DNA of 64,000 nt from Bacilli bacterium (GTDB lineage: Bacteria; Bacillota_I; Bacilli_A; RF39; UBA660). Where the stretch lies: contig JAFXOW010000028.1 of assembly GCA_017528315.1 (NCBI GenBank), positions 421 through 64,420 of the forward strand, in the 5' to 3' direction. This document shows positions 48,598-58,651 of this stretch, piece after piece. A program made the translations under genes and the position numbers. The notes beneath the pieces are model-generated. The model was not told the origin of the DNA, did no database searches, and saw only the letters and a list, made by a program, of their open reading frames with translations. How positions within the stretch are numbered: the stretch's first letter is position 1; each line of letters starts with the position of its first letter.

Positions 48598-49145
48598 AAG
48601 TTATAAGTGGTAAATTAAAGGGTAGAAATATTCTTGGATATAATATTGTTGGTACTCGTCCAACAATGGATAGAGTAAAAGAAAGTATATTTTCAATGAT
48701 ACAGGATAAAGTTTCAGATAGTGTAGTACTTGATTTATTTGCAGGAAGTGGAAATTATGGAATAGAAGCAATAAGCAATTATGCTAAATTAGTTTATTTT
48801 AATGATAAAAATAAAGAATGTTTAAAAATAAATAAAAAAAACTTAGATAATTTTGAAGTATTAAATCAGAGTATATTATTAAATTTAGATTATTTAAAAT
48901 GTTTAGAGTATTTAAAAGATAAAAATATTAAATTTGATTTAGTATTTTTAGATCCTCCCTATAAGTTAAATTGTTTAAATAAAATACTAGAATATTTAAC
49001 TAAAAATCAATTGTTAAATATTAATAGTTATGTTATAGTAGAATTAGTAAATGATAATTTAAAAGATGATTATGATGGTTTAGTTAAATTTAAATCAAGA
49101 AATTATGGTGAAAAAAAAGTTTATATATATAAATATGGAGGATAA
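48594..49145 (+). CDS. rsmD: 16S rRNA (guanine966-N2)-methyltransferase
   Basis: GTRPTMDRVKESIFSMI, LDLFAGSGNYGIEAIS and FLDPPY. Confidence 0.9.
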   Translation: MKVISGKLKGRNILGYNIVGTRPTMDRVKESIFSMIQDKVSDSVVLDLFAGSGNYGIEAISNYAKLVYFNDKNKECLKINKKNLDNFEVLNQSILLNLDYLKCLEYLKDKNIKFDLVFLDPPYKLNCLNKILEYLTKNQLLNINSYVIVELVNDNLKDDYDGLVKFKSRNYGEKKVYIYKYGG

Positions 49146-49147
49146 AA

Positions 49148-50743
49148 ATGAATAAAAAGGGATTTGCTATTTCAACGATACTTTATGGACTTATTTTTGT
49201 TACGATAGCTGTACTTTATTTAGTACTTAAGCTTGAAAGTACAAGACATATTGCAAATACTAATTATATTAATAATTTAAGAGAACAATTATTAGAAGGT
49301 AGTAGTAGTAGTATAGAAAATGATAATAATATAGGCAGTGAAAAAATAATGGCTGTTATAAGAGAAAAAGAAGCAGATGGAATTATTACTTATGTAACAG
49401 ACTCAGATTGTAATAGTCCAACAGAAAATAGTGTAATCTATTTATCAGGTAGTAAAGAAGATATAGATTTTAACTATGTATGGTATAGTGGTAAAATGTG
49501 GAGAGTAACAGCCATATACCCAGATGGTTCAATGAAGATGATAACTGATAATGCTATGACTTCTATAGCTTTTGGGGCATCTGATAGTGAAACATTTAAT
49601 AGTAATTCATATATATGGCAATGGTTAAATGAGGATTTTTATGATACTTTAAATGATTATAATGCTTCGGTTATAGATACTACTAAAAATTGGAATATAG
49701 AAACTCAAAATTCTGTAACAACAAAATTATCAGATTCTTCTACTTCAGTGGTTTCTACCAATGTTGCTATGGTCGGACTTTTAAATAGTTATGAATATTA
49801 TTTAAGTTATAAGAAATTGGGTAGTAGTGCTAATGGGTACTTAAATACCGGCTATTATTGGTGGCTTTTGAATCCCTATAGTTCTTCTGCTGCTTGGATG
49901 GTTAAACCAGATGGTGATGCTTTAAAAATTGGAGCATCTGGTTCAAATGGACGAGGTATACGCCCGGTTATTTATTTAAAACCTGGAGTAACGATGACAG
50001 GAAATGGAACTAAATATGATCCATATATAGTAAACAATGATTATGAAAAAGCTAGTGATGGAGATTTGCTTAATACAAGAAATAATGGAGAATATCTAAA
50101 ATTTTCCGATAGTAATGCTTTATATCGAATTATAGAAATAGATAGTTCTAATTCTTCAACTAAAATAGTAGCCATGGATTATGCCTTAGATGGTGCTCGT
50201 AAGAATTCTGGAGTCTCTGAAACTGATACATCTTTTGGAGTTGGAACAACAAGTGATACATGGGATTATTATTTGAATAATGATTGGTATGATAGTTTGT
50301 CATTTAAGAGTATTCTAACAACTGGAACCTATTACTTAGGTCCAGTTATAAGTAATGGCCAAACACCTTTTTGCTATAAGTTGAGTATTTGTTCTGAGTA
50401 TTCTCCAAGTACTACAACCAAAAATTGTAATAAAACAACTCATTGGACTGGGTACAGTGAAAAATCATATGCAATTGGATTACTAAGGTATGGAGAAATG
50501 TTTTCAACTCAACAGGGAAGCGAAATGACTCCATCCTTAGATATGGTTTTAATAACTAGACAAGCCTATGAAGGTTCTTCAACATCTTCAGCTTTATTGA
50601 GAGTTTATAAAGAAGGGTATAATACAATGGGAGGTCCAAATTTTCCATATAGTGTTCGTCCAACTTATAACCTTTCAAGTGAAGTTACAATTTCATCTGG
50701 TTCTGGAACTTTAAATGATCCATTTGTTATATTAAATGAATAA
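49148..50743 (+). CDS. Large pilin-like-N-terminus protein with two modules ending GNGTKYDPY / GSGTLNDPF
   Basis: GGAGG RBS. MNKKGFAISTILYGLIFVTIAVL is prepilin-like but has no Glu at +5. Module ends: GIRPVIYLKPGVTMTGNGTKYDPYIV and SVRPTYNLSSEVTISSGSGTLNDPFVIL. Same layout as 28357..29613. Confidence 0.5.
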   Translation: MNKKGFAISTILYGLIFVTIAVLYLVLKLESTRHIANTNYINNLREQLLEGSSSSIENDNNIGSEKIMAVIREKEADGIITYVTDSDCNSPTENSVIYLSGSKEDIDFNYVWYSGKMWRVTAIYPDGSMKMITDNAMTSIAFGASDSETFNSNSYIWQWLNEDFYDTLNDYNASVIDTTKNWNIETQNSVTTKLSDSSTSVVSTNVAMVGLLNSYEYYLSYKKLGSSANGYLNTGYYWWLLNPYSSSAAWMVKPDGDALKIGASGSNGRGIRPVIYLKPGVTMTGNGTKYDPYIVNNDYEKASDGDLLNTRNNGEYLKFSDSNALYRIIEIDSSNSSTKIVAMDYALDGARKNSGVSETDTSFGVGTTSDTWDYYLNNDWYDSLSFKSILTTGTYYLGPVISNGQTPFCYKLSICSEYSPSTTTKNCNKTTHWTGYSEKSYAIGLLRYGEMFSTQQGSEMTPSLDMVLITRQAYEGSSTSSALLRVYKEGYNTMGGPNFPYSVRPTYNLSSEVTISSGSGTLNDPFVILNE

Positions 50744-50821
50744 TAGTTATTGAAATAAAATTAGAATTATTGTTTTTATTAAAACGTAGAATTAAAATTA
50801 AACGTAATGGAGGTAAAATAT

Positions 50822-51907
50822 ATGCTGTGTGAAAATGTATTGTTTTTAAGATTATTAAATTATTTTAATGTTGCTATAAATGTTTTAAGATTTTTAGTAC
50901 CACTTTTTTTGATGATAAAATTAACATTAGATATTTATAAAGGAATAATAAACCCAAATGATAATGATGCAAAAGAAAAAATTGCTAAGCGTATATTTAC
51001 TTCAGTTATAATCTTTTTAATCCCAACTATTGTAAATATATTTTTAGGATTAATGGAAGGTATTACTGGAACAACCTTTAATTATTCAGAATGTAATTCC
51101 AATATAAAAAATATTAGTTATCTAGAAGAACAGAAAGAATTAGAAAAACAATTATTAGAAACTAAAAATAATCAAGAGCTTTTAAGAAAATATGAAGATT
51201 ATCAAAAAGAGTTAGAAAAATTAAGAAATCAGTCGAGAAGTCAATCTGGTGGTTCAAGCGATGGTTCAAGTGGAACTGGCGGTTCTCAAAGTACCACTGA
51301 TGGTTCAACTAGAACCATTGGGAAAAAATATAAATTATCAGCAAGTGAGCTTAAAGGATTATGTGGTGTTGCAAAGGCTGAACAGGGTTCAATTGATGGT
51401 GCTAAAGCAGAAGCAACTCTAATGGCTAACAGATATGAGTTATTAAAATCATCAAGTAAATATTATGGAAAAGGACTATATAATTATGTTCGTAATAGCG
51501 GATGGTTTGCTCATGCAGCAAAGCATATGTCACAGGGATGTCCAAGTGATTATTTACAAGCTGTTCGTGATGTTTTAGTAAATGGAAATCGAACTATGCC
51601 TTTATATGTTGATGAACATGATTGTTTTAATTGTAATAGTAAAAAATGTAGTAATGGAAATAAAGGTGATATTTGTAAATTAGAAGTAAATGGAAAAACT
51701 ATATCATCGATGAGTAAAATAAAAACTAGGTCAAATGATTATTATATTAAAAACGTAACGAAAGTATATACAATTTATAAACAATCAAGTTCTGTTAAAT
51801 ATTGGACATTTTATGCATTTGCTAAAAAAGCTGACGGAAGTAATAGAGGAGATCCGTTTGGATATACCAAAAGTGCTAAAGATAAAATTGATAGCTTAAA
51901 TAAATAG
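50822..51907 (+). CDS. Membrane protein with a Ser/Gly linker and a C-terminal cell-wall-hydrolase-like (SleB-type) domain
   Basis: Start trimmed to the ATG after GGAGG. Two TM segments, a coiled coil, then SQSGGSSDGSSGTGGSQS. LCGVAKAEQGSIDGAKAEATLMANRY resembles the AEA..E...G..AV..V..NR motif of the Hydrolase_2 family. Confidence 0.4.
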   Translation: MLCENVLFLRLLNYFNVAINVLRFLVPLFLMIKLTLDIYKGIINPNDNDAKEKIAKRIFTSVIIFLIPTIVNIFLGLMEGITGTTFNYSECNSNIKNISYLEEQKELEKQLLETKNNQELLRKYEDYQKELEKLRNQSRSQSGGSSDGSSGTGGSQSTTDGSTRTIGKKYKLSASELKGLCGVAKAEQGSIDGAKAEATLMANRYELLKSSSKYYGKGLYNYVRNSGWFAHAAKHMSQGCPSDYLQAVRDVLVNGNRTMPLYVDEHDCFNCNSKKCSNGNKGDICKLEVNGKTISSMSKIKTRSNDYYIKNVTKVYTIYKQSSSVKYWTFYAFAKKADGSNRGDPFGYTKSAKDKIDSLNK

Positions 51908-51920
51908 TATGGTGATTAAT

Positions 51921-52454
51921 ATGAAAAATGAAACTAATTATGTAAAAAAATATCTTAAATATGGAATTATCTTAATTATAGTTATTGGTCTTTTTATGGG
52001 ATTAAAATATTTATTAGTACCCAGTATGGATTCTCAGATAAAAGAATATTTAAAAGATCTTGGGTATATCATTGGTGATTATGATGATTTATTAGTAAAA
52101 AATGTTGATGATAAAAAGTATACTTTTAGTTTAGGAGATTATTCTTATACTTTAGAAAGGGATAATTTTGATGATTCACTTGAAAAATCTTTAACAGCAA
52201 CTTATAATTACAAAAATGAAAGTATGGTTTATTCATATCGTGTTTACTATAGTGATTCTATTAATGTTTATTTTAAAGGAACATATAATAATGATAATTT
52301 TGCTTGTGAAAAGGAATTTTCCAGTGCATCTTTAAGTGAAGATGAAGAAGAGAATATTTGTTCTTTAGCTAAAATAGATATTGAAATGTTTAAATTAGAA
52401 GCTGAAACATTATTTACTAAATATAAATTTATTGATTATATAAAAAATAGATAA
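51921..52454 (+). CDS. Membrane-anchored hypothetical protein
   Basis: N-terminal TM. No motif recognised. Confidence 0.4.
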   Translation: MKNETNYVKKYLKYGIILIIVIGLFMGLKYLLVPSMDSQIKEYLKDLGYIIGDYDDLLVKNVDDKKYTFSLGDYSYTLERDNFDDSLEKSLTATYNYKNESMVYSYRVYYSDSINVYFKGTYNNDNFACEKEFSSASLSEDEEENICSLAKIDIEMFKLEAETLFTKYKFIDYIKNR

Positions 52455-52473
52455 CAGAAAAAGGAGAAACAAA

Positions 52474-54120
52474 ATGAGCAAAATTAATGTATTTGCCCTT
52501 GGTGGTTTAAATGAAGATGGAAAAAATATGTATGTTGTAGAAGTTGATTCTAATATATACATATTTGATGCAGGCCTTAAATATCCTAAAGATAGATATT
52601 TAGGAATTGATTATATAATTCCATCATTTGATTATTTAAAAACAAATAAGAAAAAAATTAAGGGAATATTTTTATCACATGGACATGAATCAAATATAGG
52701 AGCAATTTCTGATATAGTAATAGATATACCAGATATTCCCATTTATGGAGCTAAATATACAATTGAAATGTTGAAAATTCAATTAAGTTATGATAACGTA
52801 ATTGCTAATAATTTACACGAAATAAAATTTAATGTGCCAATTGATTTTAAAAAGGAGACAATATTTCCAATTAGAGTAACTCATTCAATTCCTGATAGTA
52901 CGCTTTATGTCTTAAATACAACGGATGGTAGTGTTGTTTATTCAGGTGATTTTATATTTGATCCAACAATGCCTTTACAATTTTCATGTGATATTGGACG
53001 TCTTGCCTATGTTGGAAAGCAAAATGTATTGTGCCTTATGACTGAATCAATGTATGCAGATAAACCTGGATTTACAACACCTGAACACCGAGTAGGTGGC
53101 TTTATCAGAAAAGTACTTAATTCAGAAGATAATCGAATAATTATGAGTGTATTACCGGCTCATATTTATCGTATTCAAGAAATATTTGATGAAGTTTCCA
53201 AAACAAATCGTCAAGTTGTAATAATGGGAAAACTCTTAAATGATATTATAAATCGATCTTTAGATTTAAAATATTTAAATATTAATCGCAATAAAATAGG
53301 TGATTTAACTAATTTAAATGATAAAGGTGTTGTGGTACTTGTTAGTGATTTAAAAGAAAAACCTTATGCTAACTTAGAAAGAATTTTAAAAGATAATGAT
53401 AAATATATAAAACTAAAAAGTGATGATACGATTTTTATAACTGAACCAATGTATATGGGTGTTGAAAAAAGAATGGTTTTAATCATGGATGAATTTGCTA
53501 AAAGACAAATTAATGTAGTAGCCCTTGATTCTAAAGAGCATTTATTATTTCACCCATCTAAAGAAGATATTATGTTAATGATTCAATTAATGAATCCGAA
53601 ATATTATTTTCCAGTTAAAGGAAATTATAAAGATCAAGTAGAAAATGCCAATTTAGCAAATAAACTTGGAATAAAACGTGAAAATATTATTTTAAAACAA
53701 AATGGTGATATTGTAACATTTCTAAATGGTAAACTTATAGAAAATAATGAAAAAATTAAAACTGATGAAATATTAATCGATGGTAAAAGTCAAAATGATA
53801 TAGGAGAAGTAGTATTAAAAGATAGAGAAATGTTAGCAGAAGCTGGTATTGTCATTGTAACTGCAACTCTTGATAAGAAAACTAAAGAGATACTTGCTGG
53901 ACCAGAAATATTAACCAGAGGATGTATATATGTAAAAGATAATATGGACATATTAAAAGAAGGTAGTGACATATCAAAAGATATAATTATTAAAAATACT
54001 TCTAATAATTATGTTGATTATAATAATATTAAACAAGAAATAAGAAGTACTTTAGGTAAATATTTCTATGAAACAACAGAATGTCGTCCTATGATTATAA
54101 CGGTAATTGGAGAAATTTAA
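52474..54120 (+). CDS. Ribonuclease J paralogue with degenerate metal-binding motifs
   Basis: FALGGLNEDGKNMYVVEV, RVTHSIPDS and YSGDFIFD are typical of RNase J. However, motif II reads HGHESN (52678-52695) instead of HxHxDH, and the C-terminal PxHGE reads PVKGN. Confidence 0.8.
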   Translation: MSKINVFALGGLNEDGKNMYVVEVDSNIYIFDAGLKYPKDRYLGIDYIIPSFDYLKTNKKKIKGIFLSHGHESNIGAISDIVIDIPDIPIYGAKYTIEMLKIQLSYDNVIANNLHEIKFNVPIDFKKETIFPIRVTHSIPDSTLYVLNTTDGSVVYSGDFIFDPTMPLQFSCDIGRLAYVGKQNVLCLMTESMYADKPGFTTPEHRVGGFIRKVLNSEDNRIIMSVLPAHIYRIQEIFDEVSKTNRQVVIMGKLLNDIINRSLDLKYLNINRNKIGDLTNLNDKGVVVLVSDLKEKPYANLERILKDNDKYIKLKSDDTIFITEPMYMGVEKRMVLIMDEFAKRQINVVALDSKEHLLFHPSKEDIMLMIQLMNPKYYFPVKGNYKDQVENANLANKLGIKRENIILKQNGDIVTFLNGKLIENNEKIKTDEILIDGKSQNDIGEVVLKDREMLAEAGIVIVTATLDKKTKEILAGPEILTRGCIYVKDNMDILKEGSDISKDIIIKNTSNNYVDYNNIKQEIRSTLGKYFYETTECRPMIITVIGEI

Positions 54121-55220
54121 TGAATATTTTTAATATTATTATCATAATAGTTTTATCTATATTAGTAGTTATAAATATAATTCTTTTAATAAAATCTTTA
54201 AAACCTAAGAATGAAACCATGGATTTATTAGAAAGACTTGGTAAGTTTGAATTATCAATTAATAGAGAAATAATTTCTTTAAAAGAAAAAATGAATACCG
54301 ATATTACCAATAATTTTATTAATATTAATGAAAAAATAGAAAATAAATTAAATGATATAAATAGCAAAGTTAATATGACTTTAGATGAGAATTTTGCTAA
54401 AACTAATAAAACATTTACTGATGTATTAGAAAGACTTTCTAAAATAGATGAAGCTCAGAAGAAAATAGATAATTTATCTTTAGATATAATATCTCTTGAG
54501 AGTGTTTTAACTGATAAGAAAACCAGAGGAATATTTGGAGAAGTAAATTTATATAATATTTTAAAAAATGTATTTGGTGAAAGAAACGATACAATTTATA
54601 GGCAACAATATAAATTATCAAATGGGTATATTGCTGATTCGGTTATATTTGCACCCAAGCCTATGGGAACTATTGCTATTGATTCAAAGTTTCCTTTAGA
54701 AAACTATCGAATTATGGTTGATAAAAATAAAAGTGATGAAGAAAGATCAATTGCTTATAAAAAATTTAAAAGTGATGTAAAAAAACATATTGATGATATA
54801 AGTTATAAATATATAATAGAAGGTGAAACTAGTAATCAAGCTATGATGTTTATACCAGCTGAGGCAATATTTGCTGAAATAAATGCCTATCACACAGAGC
54901 TAATTGAATATGCTTATAAAAAACGAGTATGGCTTGTAAGTCCAACTACTTTAATTTCTACTTTAACAATGATTTTGATGATAATTCAAAATATAGAAAG
55001 AGATAAATATACTAGTATTATTCATGAAGAATTAAATAAATTAGGAATATTATTTAATAATTTTAAAGATAGATTTGATAAGTTATCTCGTAGTGTTGTA
55101 ACAGTTAATAAAGATATTGAATCATTTAGTATAACAACTGATAAAATTAAAAGAAAATTTGATAGTATTTCTAATGTTGAAATAAAAGATAAAGTTATTG
55201 AAATAGATGAAGAAATATAA
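54120..55220 (+). CDS. rmuC: DNA recombination protein RmuC
   Basis: Start trimmed to the ATG overlapping the rnj stop (TAATG). N-terminal TM, a coiled coil, then DSVIFAP...IAIDSKFPLE and AMMFIPAEAIFAEI. Confidence 0.8.
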   Translation: MNIFNIIIIIVLSILVVINIILLIKSLKPKNETMDLLERLGKFELSINREIISLKEKMNTDITNNFININEKIENKLNDINSKVNMTLDENFAKTNKTFTDVLERLSKIDEAQKKIDNLSLDIISLESVLTDKKTRGIFGEVNLYNILKNVFGERNDTIYRQQYKLSNGYIADSVIFAPKPMGTIAIDSKFPLENYRIMVDKNKSDEERSIAYKKFKSDVKKHIDDISYKYIIEGETSNQAMMFIPAEAIFAEINAYHTELIEYAYKKRVWLVSPTTLISTLTMILMIIQNIERDKYTSIIHEELNKLGILFNNFKDRFDKLSRSVVTVNKDIESFSITTDKIKRKFDSISNVEIKDKVIEIDEEI

Positions 55221-55245
55221 AAAACAACCAAAAAGGTTGTTTTTT
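55219..55245. terminator. Bidirectional terminator
   Basis: AAAAAACAACC-aaaaa-GGTTGTTTTTT between convergent genes. Confidence 0.75.
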
Positions 55246-56095
55246 AGTATTTTGTTAACCTGTAAAAATTAATAGATGGATGATTAAAGTAACGAATATT
55301 ACTTAAGTTACCTAAACCATTGGAAATATAAAAATCCGTTTCCTGAATTTTATAATAATCATTATTATATTTATGATTATCAAATAATGGTTTACCAAAT
55401 AATTTTATTTCTCCACCGAGAGTACTAGAAGCCATTGCTAAATTGCAATTTGTATGTTCAAGTATTTCTTCAATTTTATCAGGATTAGAAAAAATACATA
55501 TTTTATAATTATTACTTTCAGAAATATTATCATAACTTATATCATTAGTATTAAATCCAATTATTTCTATAGGACTAAGATCTTTAAAATATAATAATTC
55601 TTTAGAATTATTAAGTATTTTAAAATTATTTTCCATGACTACATTAAAGCTATCATCATCATTATTACCAATTACAGCATATTTAGAAAGTTTAGCATTT
55701 ATTTCACTAAAAAAATTCTTAAGTATTTCTAAGTCATTTTTATATAAATTATATTTGTTTTTTATATTACCAGTAAAAATTACTATATCAGGATTTATTT
55801 CATTTATTTGATTCTTAATTTTTATCAAATCATTGTTATTTAAACTATTATAAAGTATATCACTTATATGAATAATTTTTGTTCCGTGAAAACTGCTAGG
55901 AATTAATTCATTTGTAATTTTTACTTCATTTACAATTACAATTTTAGCTCCTATATACATACCATATAAAATTATTAAAACTAAACTTCCTAAGATAATT
56001 CCTGCAATCTTAGAAATTTTTTTAATTTTTTTAGCATTTTCTTCATATAATATCTTTTCCCTAATTTTTTTATTTTTTTCAGCTCTTGTTATCAT
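55244..56095 (-). CDS. Membrane-anchored metallophosphoesterase (YkuE-like)
   Basis: IIHISDILY, IVIFTGNI and AVIGNNDD motifs. Confidence 0.7.
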   Translation of the reverse strand: MITRAEKNKKIREKILYEENAKKIKKISKIAGIILGSLVLIILYGMYIGAKIVIVNEVKITNELIPSSFHGTKIIHISDILYNSLNNNDLIKIKNQINEINPDIVIFTGNIKNKYNLYKNDLEILKNFFSEINAKLSKYAVIGNNDDDSFNVVMENNFKILNNSKELLYFKDLSPIEIIGFNTNDISYDNISESNNYKICIFSNPDKIEEILEHTNCNLAMASSTLGGEIKLFGKPLFDNHKYNNDYYKIQETDFYISNGLGNLSNIRYFNHPSINFYRLTKY

Positions 56096-56784
56096 GATAT
56101 CACCGTTAATAATATAGATAGAATTATTAGAATACTATTATGTAAAAAATGAAAAGTTATTGGTATAAATATATTGTCTTTCTTATATAAAGTATAAGCA
56201 AAACCTCCCCCAAGCATTCCATATGGAATAATATAAAGTAAATCCCATGGGGTTTTTATGGAAAATATAACATGTAAAAATCCAAAAAATAAACCACTGG
56301 CAATTACCATTATTTTTTTATTTTTAAAAATATCTCCAAAACTTTTTCTAAATAACATTTCTTCTAGAAAAGGTGCTAAGATAGATGCACTTATAAAACT
56401 AAGAATTGGAGCTTTTTTCAACATTTCTTGAACTAATACTTCATTATTAGCTTCTTTCACTGGAGAAAATAACATTATTAATATATTAAAAATAAACATA
56501 CCAAATAATCCTACTAAATAATACTTTAATCCTAAATCTAAAAAATTACTTATATTTTTTTTATATTCAATAAATTTTTCTTTTAAATATTTATAATAGA
56601 TAATTATAAATATTATAACTAAAATTAAAGAGGAACAAATAGATAGAAAAATTTGCATATTATAACTTAAAGTATCAAAATTAATATTTAATACTTTTAA
56701 GGGTATTAAATAAAAAATATCCTTATATAAAAATATAAAAAATAATATAATAAATATTCCTAAGTTCTTTAAACTGTTTTTCAT
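56092..56784 (-). CDS. CPBP-family intramembrane glutamic endopeptidase (CAAX protease-like)
   Basis: APFLEEMLFRKSF, FGFLHV and HFLHNS motifs. Polytopic. Confidence 0.8.
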   Translation of the reverse strand: MKNSLKNLGIFIILFFIFLYKDIFYLIPLKVLNINFDTLSYNMQIFLSICSSLILVIIFIIIYYKYLKEKFIEYKKNISNFLDLGLKYYLVGLFGMFIFNILIMLFSPVKEANNEVLVQEMLKKAPILSFISASILAPFLEEMLFRKSFGDIFKNKKIMVIASGLFFGFLHVIFSIKTPWDLLYIIPYGMLGGGFAYTLYKKDNIFIPITFHFLHNSILIILSILLTVIS

Positions 56785-56844
56785 TTCATCACCATATTAA
56801 TTTTAACACATATTTTTAAAATATAAAGAAAAAAGATAATAATT

Positions 56845-57126
56845 TTAGAAATCATCATCTATATTTACATCAAAAAAATTAATGTTTTGAGAATCTATAT
56901 TATCATTTGCTATGAGTTCTACATCAGTTATTTCTGGTATTTCATTAATAAGTGCTTCTTTAATACCTTCATTTAATGTTACATTCATTAGTGAACAAGT
57001 AGCACAGTGACCTAAAAATTTTAAATAGCAAATTCCATCTTTATAATCAACAAATTCAATATCTCCGCCATCATTCATTAAATAGGGGCGAAGTCTATCT
57101 AAAACAGCTTCAATTTGTTCTTTCAT
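56845..57126 (-). CDS. NifU-like (Nfu) Fe-S cluster carrier domain protein
   Basis: LDRLRPYLMNDGGDIEFV ... GHCATCSLMNVTLNEGIKEAL (CxxC). Confidence 0.8.
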   Translation of the reverse strand: MKEQIEAVLDRLRPYLMNDGGDIEFVDYKDGICYLKFLGHCATCSLMNVTLNEGIKEALINEIPEITDVELIANDNIDSQNINFFDVNIDDDF

Positions 57127-57128
57127 TT

Positions 57129-57575
57129 TTAACCTATTCTTTTAAAACTTGGATTATCGGAAATGGTATCTGCATCAATTCCAAATTCGCCTGCAAATTT
57201 TTTTCTTTCATCAAGATACTCTTGTTCACCTTTTAAATACATTTCTAGAGTATCTTTTATTAAAGTTGACAACGTATTTATATATTCTTCCATATGATTT
57301 TCTCTTATATCAGTCATCATTTCCATAGCTTGTTCACGAGATAATTTTTCTCCAATTCTTCCAATAAAACCTGCTTGACTTTTAAATACTTTATGTCCAT
57401 CAAATACTTCATTCTTATTCATTAAAAAAACTTTTTCTTTTAAAGCAAGTTCACGGTAGTCGTTATAATCTTTTTCAAGTATTACTTTATATTCGTTTAC
57501 TGTTTCAAATCCGTCTTTTGGTTTATCTTTAGGATTTCTTAAATATCCAACATAATATTCTTTTTCCATATTCAT
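57129..57575 (-). CDS. Hypothetical cytosolic protein (148 aa)
   Basis: AGGAG RBS. No motif recognised. Confidence 0.45.
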   Translation of the reverse strand: MNMEKEYYVGYLRNPKDKPKDGFETVNEYKVILEKDYNDYRELALKEKVFLMNKNEVFDGHKVFKSQAGFIGRIGEKLSREQAMEMMTDIRENHMEEYINTLSTLIKDTLEMYLKGEQEYLDERKKFAGEFGIDADTISDNPSFKRIG

Positions 57576-57607
57576 AAATAAATTCTCCTTTTTTATAATA
57601 TAATAAA

Positions 57608-58546
57608 TTATTGGTTATCGCTTGTCAAGATTTTTTCAGTATTTTTAAAACTCAATTTAGCAATATTTTCTAAAATATCTTTACCATATTTTTTTACAAG
57701 TTGTTTTCCGATTTCATCAACATTACTTCCAGCACCTTTTGGAAGTTTGATATTTAATTTTTTATTTAATTTATCATATTCTTTTAAAAATAAATAACGA
57801 CATATTATACTACTACAGGCAACTGCCATATTTAAGCTTTCGGCTTTGGTCATAAAAGTAATATTTCTTTGAATATTAGGTGTATCTTTTAAATAATTAT
57901 AATAGACAAACGGTTCAGCAAATTGGTCAACTATAATATAATCTATATCAGGTTTTTCTTCCATTATTTTAAGTAAAACTTTATTATGTAAAATAGCTTT
58001 AACTTTATTCATATTATATTGACTATGATATTTATTATAATCAGAGTTAGATAGTATTAAACTAGTATATTTTATTTTTTTAGCAACTAGAGGAGCAATT
58101 TCTAGGATTTTTTCATCAGTTAATTTTTTAGAGTCCGTACATCCAAGTTCTTTTAAATAAGGTACATCATCTCGTTTTACGTAAGATGCAGTTACAACAA
58201 TTGGACCAAAGTAGTCTCCAGTTCCGACTTCATCACTTCCAATCGAATTTACATACATATATTTAGAAGTTTTTGGTTTATCTATTTCTTGTTTTTTCTT
58301 ATCATCAGAATTAGTAACTTGAACATATCCTGAATTTATTCTTTCAGTTTCAACCCAATATTCACTTGCAAGATCTGCATCTTTACCTTGAAAGACGCAC
58401 TTACCAGATTCATATAAAGTAACAACAGTATCACCATCAATTGCTTGAAAAACTGCATAAGGTGGGGTTTTATCTTTTTTTAAATCTTCATAATATTCTT
58501 GCATCATTTCTTTTGTCTTTTCACTTGTTTTAACTGTAATAGTCAT
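57608..58546 (-). CDS. rnhC: Ribonuclease HIII
   Basis: N-terminal substrate-binding domain, then IGSDEVGTGDYFGPIVV and DSKKL. Start trimmed to the second ATG after GGTGA. Confidence 0.88.
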   Translation of the reverse strand: MTITVKTSEKTKEMMQEYYEDLKKDKTPPYAVFQAIDGDTVVTLYESGKCVFQGKDADLASEYWVETERINSGYVQVTNSDDKKKQEIDKPKTSKYMYVNSIGSDEVGTGDYFGPIVVTASYVKRDDVPYLKELGCTDSKKLTDEKILEIAPLVAKKIKYTSLILSNSDYNKYHSQYNMNKVKAILHNKVLLKIMEEKPDIDYIIVDQFAEPFVYYNYLKDTPNIQRNITFMTKAESLNMAVACSSIICRYLFLKEYDKLNKKLNIKLPKGAGSNVDEIGKQLVKKYGKDILENIAKLSFKNTEKILTSDNQ

Positions 58547-58651
58547 ATTAATCACCAACTAAATTATATAAAAGATACTTGCATTTAGCAAGTAATATTT
58601 GACTATAATTATAAAATATGCTATTATATGGGCGATTAAAGGGGATTTAAT

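Noticed and set aside
53790-55231. Four short minus-strand ORFs (53790..53972, 54095..54367, 54439..54621, 55022..55231)
   Set aside because: All are antisense to the RNase J paralogue or rmuC.
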